Shown piece by piece: positions 16,601-24,272 of a DNA stretch of 24,272 bases. Position 1 is the stretch's first letter, and every line of letters starts with the position of its first letter. The position numbers and the translations under genes were made by a program. Where the stretch lies: NCBI GenBank assembly GCA_039801225.1, contig JBDRUH010000018.1, positions 1-24,272 of the forward strand, in the 5' to 3' direction. The notes beneath the pieces were generated by a model, which did not search any database, was not told where the DNA came from, and worked only from the letters and a program-made list of their open reading frames with translations. This stretch comes from a candidate division WOR-3 bacterium (lineage in GTDB: Bacteria; Hydrothermota; Tepidihabitantia; Tepidihabitantales; Tepidihabitantaceae).

Positions 16601-17182
16601 TTAGGAAATTCCAAAAAGGGCGGTGAAGCCCATAAACGCCAGCGATACCAAAGCGGCACTGACAAAGGCGATGGGAAACCCCTTGAATGCCGGGGATATC
16701 GGTGCGGATTCCAGTCTTTCCCGGAGAGCGGCGAATAGAATGATGACCAGGGCAAAACCTAGCGCGGTGCCCAGGGCAAAAATGGTCGCCTGGAAAAGAT
16801 TGAATTTGTAGTCAATATTTAAAAAGGTAACCGCCAGGATGGCACAATTGGTGGTGATTAATGGCAGGTAAATGCCCATTGCCGAATAGAGATGGCGGAC
16901 ATACCGTTTTAAGAACATCTCAACAAACTGCACTAACGCTGCAATCACCAAAATAAAGACCGCGGTGCGCAGAAATACCAATCCAAGGGGTAAAAGCAAC
17001 GCGTGGTATAAAATCCAGGATACCCAGGCGGCTAAAAGCATTACAAAAAGGACCGCGGCACTCATTCCGATTGAGGTGTTGAGGGATGTGGAAACGCCGA
17101 AAAATGGGCAGAGACCAATAAAGCGCATCAGAATGATATTGTTAACTAAAAAGGCAGCGAGAAATATTTTTGCTGGGTTCAT
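16601..17182 (-). CDS. rsxA: Rnf/Rsx subunit A
   Basis: NNIILMRFIGLCPFFGVS, GIYLPLITTNCAIL, LRERL motifs. Confidence 0.96.
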   Translation of the reverse strand: MNPAKIFLAAFLVNNIILMRFIGLCPFFGVSTSLNTSIGMSAAVLFVMLLAAWVSWILYHALLLPLGLVFLRTAVFILVIAALVQFVEMFLKRYVRHLYSAMGIYLPLITTNCAILAVTFLNIDYKFNLFQATIFALGTALGFALVIILFAALRERLESAPISPAFKGFPIAFVSAALVSLAFMGFTALFGIS

Positions 17183-17184
17183 TT

Positions 17185-17829
17185 CTACCTCCTTGCTAAT
17201 CCGAGTTTATTTACCAGCGCCTTGAGGAGTCCGATGAGGAAAAATGCCCCCGGGGGGAATATAGCAAAGAGCATTGGTGCTGAGCGGTAAGCGGCGGGTA
17301 GAACCGGTTTAGAGAAGAGAGTGCCAGCACCAAAGATCTCTCTTAAACTTCCCATTATGAAGAGAACCAGGGTAAACCCTAACGATTTACCAATAGCATC
17401 AAGGAGAGAGTCAAAAATTCCGTGGTGGTAGGCGAATGCCTCGGCACGACCCAGGATGATACAGTTGACGACAATCAAAGGAATAAACACGCCCAGCGCT
17501 CGATAAAGGGCGGGTTGATAGGCTTGAATTAGGTAGTCTATCAGGGTAACAAATGTGGAGATTATGATAATAAAGATGGGAATGCGCACCGATTCCGGGA
17601 CCAGTTTCCGCACCGCAGAAATGACGATGTTGGAACAGATGAGGACAAAAGATGCGGCAACACCCATTCCTAAGGCGTCGCGGGCAGAGACGGTAGTTGC
17701 CAGGGTGGGACAGAGACCAATCATCAGAATAAGTGTGGGGTTTTCTTTGATTATGCCAGATAAGAGGTAATCAAATTTAGCCGTTCGCTGTCTGCTGTTG
17801 GCTGTCGGCCGGTTGGTTTGGGTTTTCAT
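17185..17829 (-). CDS. rsxE: Rnf/Rsx subunit E
   Basis: ENPTLILMIGLCPTLA, VRIPIF, FIPLIVVNCIILGRAEAFA, PPGAF motifs. Confidence 0.96.
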   Translation of the reverse strand: MKTQTNRPTANSRQRTAKFDYLLSGIIKENPTLILMIGLCPTLATTVSARDALGMGVAASFVLICSNIVISAVRKLVPESVRIPIFIIIISTFVTLIDYLIQAYQPALYRALGVFIPLIVVNCIILGRAEAFAYHHGIFDSLLDAIGKSLGFTLVLFIMGSLREIFGAGTLFSKPVLPAAYRSAPMLFAIFPPGAFFLIGLLKALVNKLGLARR

Positions 17830-18377
17830 TGTGGTTTGAGAATTTCCTGGTATTTTTCCATTCCTTCGCGCAGTGCCTCAGTTATCGCCCGAGAGGTTAT
17901 TGTGGCACCAGTAATCGCCTGGATTGTGCCACCATCCTTCGTAAGTTGAAGTTGAGTAGCGGTTTTGCCGCTAAACTGTTTGCGGAAATCTTCTTCGGTT
18001 GCCTTAAGCCCCAGTCCCGGAGTCTCTTTCAAACCTTCGGACGGACTGGCGACCTTAATCGCCACAATTTTGCCGTCCAGGTCAATACCGGCGGTTACCG
18101 GTACCAAACCGCCATAACCCTGTTTTGCCACTTTGATGATGCTGCCGATGCGTTCCCCTTTAACAAAAGCAAGCCAGACTAAAGAATCAGGTGTTGCCGG
18201 TTCAAAACGCTCGGCATTAGGGAAGACCTGAGCGAAAGCCTCCTGGAATGCCAGCACATTCCTCTGGAAGTCAATTCTTGATTTTGTCAGACTGTATACC
18301 TGCGAGAGGGCAAATCCCGCGATTAGGCAGGTGATGAATAAAGAGAAAACTGTCCAGAGGGGTGATGTCCTTTTCAT
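17826..18377 (-). CDS. rsxG: Rnf/Rsx subunit G (FMN-binding)
   Basis: N-terminal TM helix, GYGG, ETPGLG and the ITGATITS flavinylation motif. Confidence 0.94.
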   Translation of the reverse strand: MKRTSPLWTVFSLFITCLIAGFALSQVYSLTKSRIDFQRNVLAFQEAFAQVFPNAERFEPATPDSLVWLAFVKGERIGSIIKVAKQGYGGLVPVTAGIDLDGKIVAIKVASPSEGLKETPGLGLKATEEDFRKQFSGKTATQLQLTKDGGTIQAITGATITSRAITEALREGMEKYQEILKPQ

Positions 18378-19420
18378 TTTTGTTTCCCAAAGAGTCGGGG
18401 TGGTGTAAGACGGTCAATTAAAGGGGTGGCAACATTCATTAATAGTATGGAGTAGCACACCCCTTCGGAGTAGCCACCCCAGAGCCTGATAAGAGTGGTA
18501 AAAACACCACAACCGATGCCGAAAATTATTCTACCCTTATGGGTAAGAGGGGAGGTAACATAGTCGGTCGCCATATAAAATGCACCTAAGATTAAACCGC
18601 CGCTTAAAAGGTGGAAGAGGATGTAGTTCAATAAATTAGATTTGTGTCCGGGAAGAACTGTTATCAATATCAAAACGGTTAAAAGGTAACTGAGAGGTAT
18701 CCGCCAGTCAATTACCTTGGTGAGGAGCAAGAATATGCCGCCGATAAGGAGAAGGAGTGCTGAAGTCTCACCTAAACACCCGCCGGTATTGCCGAGAAAG
18801 AGGTTTTTAATAACTGACCAAGATTGGAGGTCCTGGTAAAGTTTCTGTGGGACAAAATTCGGCGGGAGTAGTTTTCCACCCTGTTTAAGAAGGCTTAATG
18901 GAGTTGCAGAACTTACCGCATCAGGATATAGTTTCAGTATTTCGGGTAGAAGCCCGGGGGTGGTGCCACCGCGGGGTGCGAGCCAGGTGGTCGTCATCTG
19001 AGTTGGCCAGGAGGCGACAAGGAATGCCCGAGCACCGAGCGCCGGGTTAATAAAGTTGTGCCCCAGACCACCAAAAAACTGTTTGACAACAATCATCGCA
19101 AATGCGGCACCAACTACCGGCAGCCACCAGGGAACATTGGGTGGAAGGTTAAAGGCAAGGAGTATTCCGGTAATAACGGCGCTGCCGTCGCTCGTGGTTA
19201 CCTTCCGACCGAACATCAACTGACCCAAGGCGTCAAAGAGAACCGCTGAGGTAATGGAAATCAATGTTATTATCAGCGCCTTTACTCCGAAGAAATAAAT
19301 TGCCCCACCGAGAATCGGAAGGAGGGCAAACACCACCGCCCACATCAATTTTGCTACAGTTACACCCGATCGGATATGGGGTGAGACGGTTACCCGAAGT
19401 GGAGAGGTTTTTTCGCTCAT
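18374..19420 (-). CDS. rsxD: Rnf/Rsx subunit D
   Basis: SPHIR, KQFFGGLGHNFINPAL, SSATPL FMN site, GCLGETS, MATDYVTSP. Confidence 0.96.
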   Translation of the reverse strand: MSEKTSPLRVTVSPHIRSGVTVAKLMWAVVFALLPILGGAIYFFGVKALIITLISITSAVLFDALGQLMFGRKVTTSDGSAVITGILLAFNLPPNVPWWLPVVGAAFAMIVVKQFFGGLGHNFINPALGARAFLVASWPTQMTTTWLAPRGGTTPGLLPEILKLYPDAVSSATPLSLLKQGGKLLPPNFVPQKLYQDLQSWSVIKNLFLGNTGGCLGETSALLLLIGGIFLLLTKVIDWRIPLSYLLTVLILITVLPGHKSNLLNYILFHLLSGGLILGAFYMATDYVTSPLTHKGRIIFGIGCGVFTTLIRLWGGYSEGVCYSILLMNVATPLIDRLTPPRLFGKQK

Positions 19421-20748
19421 TGCCGGCGTGCCAGTTCTGACTTAGCGAACTTAAAACTGTGAACTAAACGGATTTTTGCCGGGCAGACATAGGCGCAAGA
19501 GCCACATTCAATACAGTCAAGGATATGCCCGGCTTTCGCTTTGGTTAACCGCCCCATTTTGATATGATAATTTAGTTGCGTGGGCGAAAGACCCATCGGG
19601 CAGACTTCAATACAGCGACCGCAACGGATGCAATCACCCTCATCAGGTTCTTTCTCAGGGGGAAATACGATGATTCCCGATGTTCCTTTCAAGACCGGGA
19701 CTTCATCACCGGCTAATGCGACTCCCATCATCGGGCCACCCATAATAATTTTCCCCGGGGTGTTGTTATAACCGCCACAGAATTCAATGAGATGTTTAAC
19801 TAATGTGCCGATACGAACCAATAGATTTTTCGGCTCTTTTACTCCCGGACCGGTTACCGTTATCACCCTTTGATAAAGCGGGCGATTAAATCTGACCGCC
19901 TCTCGGACGGCAACGGCGGTGCCAACATTCTGAACGATACAGCCAACATCGGCTGGTAGCCCCCCAGAGGGAACTTCGCGGTTCAAACAGGCTTTGATTA
20001 ATTGCTTTTCCGCACCTTGAGGGTATTTGGTTTTCAGGCGCCGAATAGTAATCCCTTTTCCCTCTGTCATACGCGTCATAATATCAATCGCATCCGGTTT
20101 ATTGTCCTCAATAGCAATTAATATATTCTCCACCCCTAAGGCTTTAGCAATAAACTCTACCCCTTCAACAATTTCTTTTGGTTTTTCTAACATTAGACGA
20201 TGGTCACAAGTAAGGAAGGGTTCACACTCACACCCGTTGATAATGAGGGTGTCAACCGGCTTTTTTAAAGAGAGTTTAAAGAAGGTGGGAAAGGCAGCAC
20301 CGCCCAATCCCACAACCCCTGCCCGTCGCACCGATTCAATAATATCAGCGGAAGTTAAGTTACTCAAATCTTTTTCGCCAATTTCTTCTGAAAGGGTGTC
20401 ATTGCCATCGGAATCTATTATTACGGTGGGAATTAACTTACCGGTCAAAGGGTGGGGTAGGTTTATAACATCGGCAACGGTGCCTGAGACCGAGGCGTGG
20501 GTTGGGGCAGAAATTGTTCCTCCTTGTTCACCAATTACACTGCCGGTCTTAACCGGGTCACCCTTTTTTACTACCGGCTTTGAAGGTGCCCCGGTGTGTT
20601 GAGAAAGAGGGATATACACCCGTGAAGGCAAAGGAGCAATCTCAATCGGTTTATGTTCGGTTGCTCCCTTATACTCACGGGGGTGAACTCCGCCATGAAA
20701 ACTACCCATTAATGCTGGCAATTTTAACTTTGATTGACCAACTGTCAA
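19417..20748 (-). CDS. rsxC: Rnf/Rsx subunit C (start TTG 20748 or ATG 20709)
   Basis: FHGGVHP, QHTGAP, GVVGLGGAAFPT, NGCECEPFLTCD, KYPQGAEKQL, GGPMMG and two ferredoxin motifs. Confidence 0.96.
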   Translation of the reverse strand: MTVGQSKLKLPALMGSFHGGVHPREYKGATEHKPIEIAPLPSRVYIPLSQHTGAPSKPVVKKGDPVKTGSVIGEQGGTISAPTHASVSGTVADVINLPHPLTGKLIPTVIIDSDGNDTLSEEIGEKDLSNLTSADIIESVRRAGVVGLGGAAFPTFFKLSLKKPVDTLIINGCECEPFLTCDHRLMLEKPKEIVEGVEFIAKALGVENILIAIEDNKPDAIDIMTRMTEGKGITIRRLKTKYPQGAEKQLIKACLNREVPSGGLPADVGCIVQNVGTAVAVREAVRFNRPLYQRVITVTGPGVKEPKNLLVRIGTLVKHLIEFCGGYNNTPGKIIMGGPMMGVALAGDEVPVLKGTSGIIVFPPEKEPDEGDCIRCGRCIEVCPMGLSPTQLNYHIKMGRLTKAKAGHILDCIECGSCAYVCPAKIRLVHSFKFAKSELARRQ

Positions 20749-20749
20749 A

Positions 20750-21319
20750 TTATTCGGCTTTTTCCTTTTGATAGTGGTTAATGAAAGCAACTTTTTCCAG
20801 AGGTAACCGGGGAGGACGACTCTTCTCCCACTCAATCTGTTTTTCTGAAAGTAACGGGCTAATCTCGTCAGAATGTTTGCCTACTATTATGAGAGTAATA
20901 ATGGTAAACTCATCGGGTATCCCAAGTACCTCCCGCACTTTCTCAGAATTATACCCGGCAATCGGATGGGCAACAAGACCGAGTTCAGTTGCCCGTAGTA
21001 TTAGAAAGGCGGTTGTCATTCCCGTGTCAAAGAGGTAGTATTCCCGTTCCTTTATTATGCAGTCCATTTCTTTCTTGGTGAAGACTACTATGACCATTGA
21101 GCCGGTAAAGCACCATTCGTTGCCCTTAGAAAAGGCGGGTTTGAGCCGGTTTAGTTGTTCTTTGTCGTAAACAAATACAAACCTTGCTGGCTGGTTGTTG
21201 AAACAGGATGGTGCCAGTTGGGCATGGCGTGCTAAGTCGCGAACAAGGTCTTCATTGATACTTACTGGCTCAAGCGAGCGATACGCCCGCCGGCTTTGGA
21301 TTGCTACACTGACATTCAT
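20750..21319 (-). CDS. Nitroreductase family protein
   Basis: RRAYRS, APSCFNNQP, DTG.....LILRATELGL..HPIAG motifs. AGGAG RBS. Confidence 0.92.
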   Translation of the reverse strand: MNVSVAIQSRRAYRSLEPVSINEDLVRDLARHAQLAPSCFNNQPARFVFVYDKEQLNRLKPAFSKGNEWCFTGSMVIVVFTKKEMDCIIKEREYYLFDTGMTTAFLILRATELGLVAHPIAGYNSEKVREVLGIPDEFTIITLIIVGKHSDEISPLLSEKQIEWEKSRPPRLPLEKVAFINHYQKEKAE

Positions 21320-21332
21320 ATCGCTCCTATTT

Positions 21333-23909
21333 TTAATTAACTAAAACAACTTTTACAATTTCACTCCGTTTCTCCAGCAATTTTAGAAAATAGATTCCCG
21401 GGGTAAAGGCACGGGTGTCCCATTTAATGACGGGTTCAAAGTGGCTTCTTTTCAACCGGCAAACCTCTCTACCCAAAAGGTCGTATACTGCAATTGTTGC
21501 CTTTACTGGCACAGAGGGGCTAAGCCGAAGTTCAGTAACACCTTTTATTGGATTGGTGCAGAAAATAGACCGAGGATAAAGAGGTTTAGAGGGAATATCG
21601 GCTAAGCCGGTAGGCGCAATAGTAGTGAACTTTATCGCCCTGCCCGGAGCAATTGGTGCGGCGCCTGAGGTATAAGAACCGTTATAGAGAACCTGAATCC
21701 CAATTGTTTGAGTATGGTCCTGAATCCCGACAGTGGAACTGGTATAACCGTTAGCGGTCATATATTGGAAAACAATCACGTTGTCGTTAGTGGGTGTGGT
21801 GAGCGTGGAGTCATAAATTAACACTTCAAACTTATCCCGGAGCGAGCGGGGGCTGTAGTAGCAGACACTGTCATACTCAATTACCAACCGATGATTGGTG
21901 GTGTCGTAATAATAATATACAAACCCGGTGTTATTGTAATTGGGATACAAATCGTCCCAGTTAACACATAAGATGCTGGCTGGCGCCTGGGTATTGGGTA
22001 AAGGCAGATTCTGGTACTGAGGTTGGGTGTAGGAGCCGGGACAAATCCAGCCGTCTGCCGATATAGAAAGTGAATGGAACTCTTCGCCATAAAAGTGCAG
22101 AGGTCCGAATCCGGAAGGCAATTCAATAACGACCACGCTGTCGTTGTGAGAAAATGAGACCTTAGTGCCGATGTTGTTAATTTCCACCCAATCATACTGG
22201 GGATGTGCTTCATAGCTAGTGTCAATGTCATCATAAGCCCAGTAGCGCGGTGGCTGGTTGTTATCGGGAATCGGGTCGGTGATGAGATAGCGTCCGATCT
22301 GTAAACTGATGTTAGTAGAGAAGGTGGTTTCGCTGGCGGTGATGGTTAAGTCAAAAGACACTTTGTGCTCACGCGGAGTTTTGGAGGAGGCAATCATTGT
22401 GTAAGGCAGGAGATTTACTGCGGTATCGCCACCGGCAATGTTACCAAACCAGGCACTGTCCTCCTTTACTGTTATAAATGTATCGTTTGTTATTAGAGTT
22501 GCGTTGACATTGTGAGCATAAACTGTGCCAAAGTTTTTCAGCGTCAGGTAGACACTGACGCTCTCACCGGCATCCCAGAAACCGTCTGCGTTGCCCGCGG
22601 CATCGTCAATTTTAATATGACTTAAACCGAGCAAGGGAATGTTGGCAGGGAGGGGCTGACCAAGGGTGGCAATTCCGGCAACAGCCGCTTTTGTTACCTC
22701 GGTGCAGAACTCATTGTCATTATAGCCAGCACCGATTGAGTCACCCGGGGTGTGATAATAGGGGTTAGCCGGCCAGAAATCTTCAATCCCACAAAATGCC
22801 AAATAACCGTTGTTCCAGAAAGGTCCATGGTCAGAGTTTTGGTTGTTGTTTACCATTCGTTTGAAGGTGAAAAGGTCGGTGTAGGTGTCACACACGGCGA
22901 TGAACCAGTCAACGAAAGGCTCACAGGGTGGATTGGCAATCTTACCCATAAGGTCAAGGCTTTCCGGTGAAGCATCCACATAACCAATCATATCAAAGTT
23001 TAAGACGCCGAGGATTGAGTCACCTTGATTTCTTGCCATTCCGGCATAATAATCACTGCCATAAAGCCCGAACTCTTCGCCGGAAAAGGCAATGAACCGT
23101 AAGTCGTGAGTGAAATTAAAATTTTGTGTTACCCGGCAGGCTTCTATCACCGCCGCGGTTCCTGAGGCATTATCATCGGCACCAGGCGCATTATTCGGGG
23201 CATAGGAGTCAAAATGGCCACAAATAATTGCATAGATGTCACGGCGGCCGGTGGTGCCATATCTCACTCCAACTACATTGGGTGCATGACCCGATGTGTG
23301 GTTTTGCATTATTACCGTGTCACAGCCATAGGCAAGAAACTTTGCCTTTATCCATTCTGCGGCCGCTTTACAGGAGTCTGAGGTTGAGTAGCGGGTGCCA
23401 TATTTTTGGAGTCGCCAGACATAGGAAAGAACCGATTCCGGCGAGACCAGTGCTACCATCGCCTCTATCAACGGGTTGGTGGTGACCGACGGTAATTTGA
23501 CCTCTCTCGGTCGGAAGACCCAGCCTTGTAGGCTCACCCGGCTGAGCATTCCACCTAAGGATAAGAGATGCGCCACATCCTCCGGTTTCACCGCTATTAG
23601 GTAGTTCTCACCATCAAAGTCAAGTATCCGGGCAATTTGCGTAAGGTCTTTTTGGCGACTCCAGTCAAAAAGATGAACCTGGTAATAGCGGTTTTCTGTT
23701 ATATTGGCATCAAGAATTCTGCCATTCAGCGCCGAGAGGAGTGCTATATCATTATCGTTACCGATAATTAATACACCATTGTTCGTCTGGTCTACAACTT
23801 TGAACTTCACTGCGAGTTCTTCTGGATTGATACCCGGGACAATGGCTAAGAACTCACCACCAAAAAGGATGGTGAATAGCACGAAAGAGAAAACCAAGCA
23901 TTTTTTCAT
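21333..23909 (-). CDS. Secreted M28-family metallopeptidase with T9SS-type C-terminal domain
   Basis: Signal peptide after AAAAGGAG RBS. GHFDS, GADDNASG, GEEFGL, NFDMIG, SDH and YYHT zinc-site motifs. C-terminal VYDLLGREV...WD.....PGIYFLKL. Confidence 0.9.
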   Translation of the reverse strand: MKKCLVFSFVLFTILFGGEFLAIVPGINPEELAVKFKVVDQTNNGVLIIGNDNDIALLSALNGRILDANITENRYYQVHLFDWSRQKDLTQIARILDFDGENYLIAVKPEDVAHLLSLGGMLSRVSLQGWVFRPREVKLPSVTTNPLIEAMVALVSPESVLSYVWRLQKYGTRYSTSDSCKAAAEWIKAKFLAYGCDTVIMQNHTSGHAPNVVGVRYGTTGRRDIYAIICGHFDSYAPNNAPGADDNASGTAAVIEACRVTQNFNFTHDLRFIAFSGEEFGLYGSDYYAGMARNQGDSILGVLNFDMIGYVDASPESLDLMGKIANPPCEPFVDWFIAVCDTYTDLFTFKRMVNNNQNSDHGPFWNNGYLAFCGIEDFWPANPYYHTPGDSIGAGYNDNEFCTEVTKAAVAGIATLGQPLPANIPLLGLSHIKIDDAAGNADGFWDAGESVSVYLTLKNFGTVYAHNVNATLITNDTFITVKEDSAWFGNIAGGDTAVNLLPYTMIASSKTPREHKVSFDLTITASETTFSTNISLQIGRYLITDPIPDNNQPPRYWAYDDIDTSYEAHPQYDWVEINNIGTKVSFSHNDSVVVIELPSGFGPLHFYGEEFHSLSISADGWICPGSYTQPQYQNLPLPNTQAPASILCVNWDDLYPNYNNTGFVYYYYDTTNHRLVIEYDSVCYYSPRSLRDKFEVLIYDSTLTTPTNDNVIVFQYMTANGYTSSTVGIQDHTQTIGIQVLYNGSYTSGAAPIAPGRAIKFTTIAPTGLADIPSKPLYPRSIFCTNPIKGVTELRLSPSVPVKATIAVYDLLGREVCRLKRSHFEPVIKWDTRAFTPGIYFLKLLEKRSEIVKVVLVN

Positions 23910-23932
23910 AAATTGACTCCTTTTTAGAATCA

Positions 23933-23960
23933 ATATTACAGTTTTTATAAAAAAGGGCAA
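23933..23960 (-). promoter_or_regulatory. Putative promoter of M28-nitroreductase-rsx transcription unit
   Basis: TTGCCC-16 nt-TAATAT on the minus strand. Confidence 0.45.
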
Positions 23961-23981
23961 ACAAAGCCTTTGTTGTATTAA

Positions 23982-24012
23982 TTGACAGTTGCTAACTAAG
24001 TAGATATATATT
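23982..24012 (+). promoter_or_regulatory. Putative sigma70 promoter of terminal glycosyltransferase gene
   Basis: Perfect TTGACA followed 17-19 nt later by TATATA/TATATT. Confidence 0.45.
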
Positions 24013-24016
24013 TACA

Positions 24017-24272
24017 TTGAGCGAACAAGAACAGAAGCGGTGGTATATCATTCTCCTAATAGTTCTCTTTGGACTTTTTCTTCGGATAGGCATTACCGCA
24101 TTTTTTAAGAACCGCTCTTCCCCTGGTGAGGTGGTAAAGAACCCGGCTTCTGAGGTGGAGTATCTCCGGCAGGCTTATATGGAGTTGGGTGACTCGCAAC
24201 AGTATCAGTTATTGGCCAATAATTTACGGACCCAAGGTCGTTTTACTTGGAATGAGACACCGGTGACATTTC
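24017..24272 (+). CDS. Second ArnT/GT39-like membrane glycosyltransferase, N-terminal part (3' truncated)
   Basis: Hand translation from TTG 24017: MSEQEQKRWYIILLIVLFGLFLRIG...GDSQQYQLLANNLRTQGRFTWNETPVTF. This parallels FQDERDFYAIAKNLAEGKGYSIDGINPTAY of the 8883 gene. Confidence 0.7.
   Translation, partial: MSEQEQKRWYIILLIVLFGLFLRIGITAFFKNRSSPGEVVKNPASEVEYLRQAYMELGDSQQYQLLANNLRTQGRFTWNETPVTF

Noticed and set aside
20027..20602. 191-aa plus-strand ORF and other short ORFs nested in rnf, C25, patatin and M28 genes
   Set aside because: Antisense or alternate-frame shadows of well-supported genes with no recognisable motifs.

Overview
Bacterial genomic window. Long secreted C25/M28 peptidases with T9SS-like C-terminal tails suggest an FCB-related anaerobe such as WOR-3 (inference only). 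Bases 1-4166 (+) hold the 3' part of a putative RiPP gene cluster: the SPASM C-terminus of a radical SAM enzyme, an unannotated 52-aa precursor peptide (356-514) with a lasso-type YxxPxL...T leader and a Cys-rich core, an HPr-kinase-like P-loop kinase whose frame extends about 84 codons upstream of the called start, an NTP_transf_5-type nucleotidyltransferase and a two-gene ABC-2 exporter. The rest is envelope and housekeeping content: a gingipain-like C25 peptidase, a probable outer-membrane protein, two ArnT/GT39-like membrane glycosyltransferases (one partial), a PlpD-like patatin-POTRA-barrel protein, a QueG-like Fe-S protein coupled to mnmG, a complete rnf/rsxCDGEAB operon, a nitroreductase and an M28 peptidase. 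Small repeats are scattered through the window: a GTAG-type REP doublet and degenerate 7-nt periodic arrays, two of them inside coding sequence.
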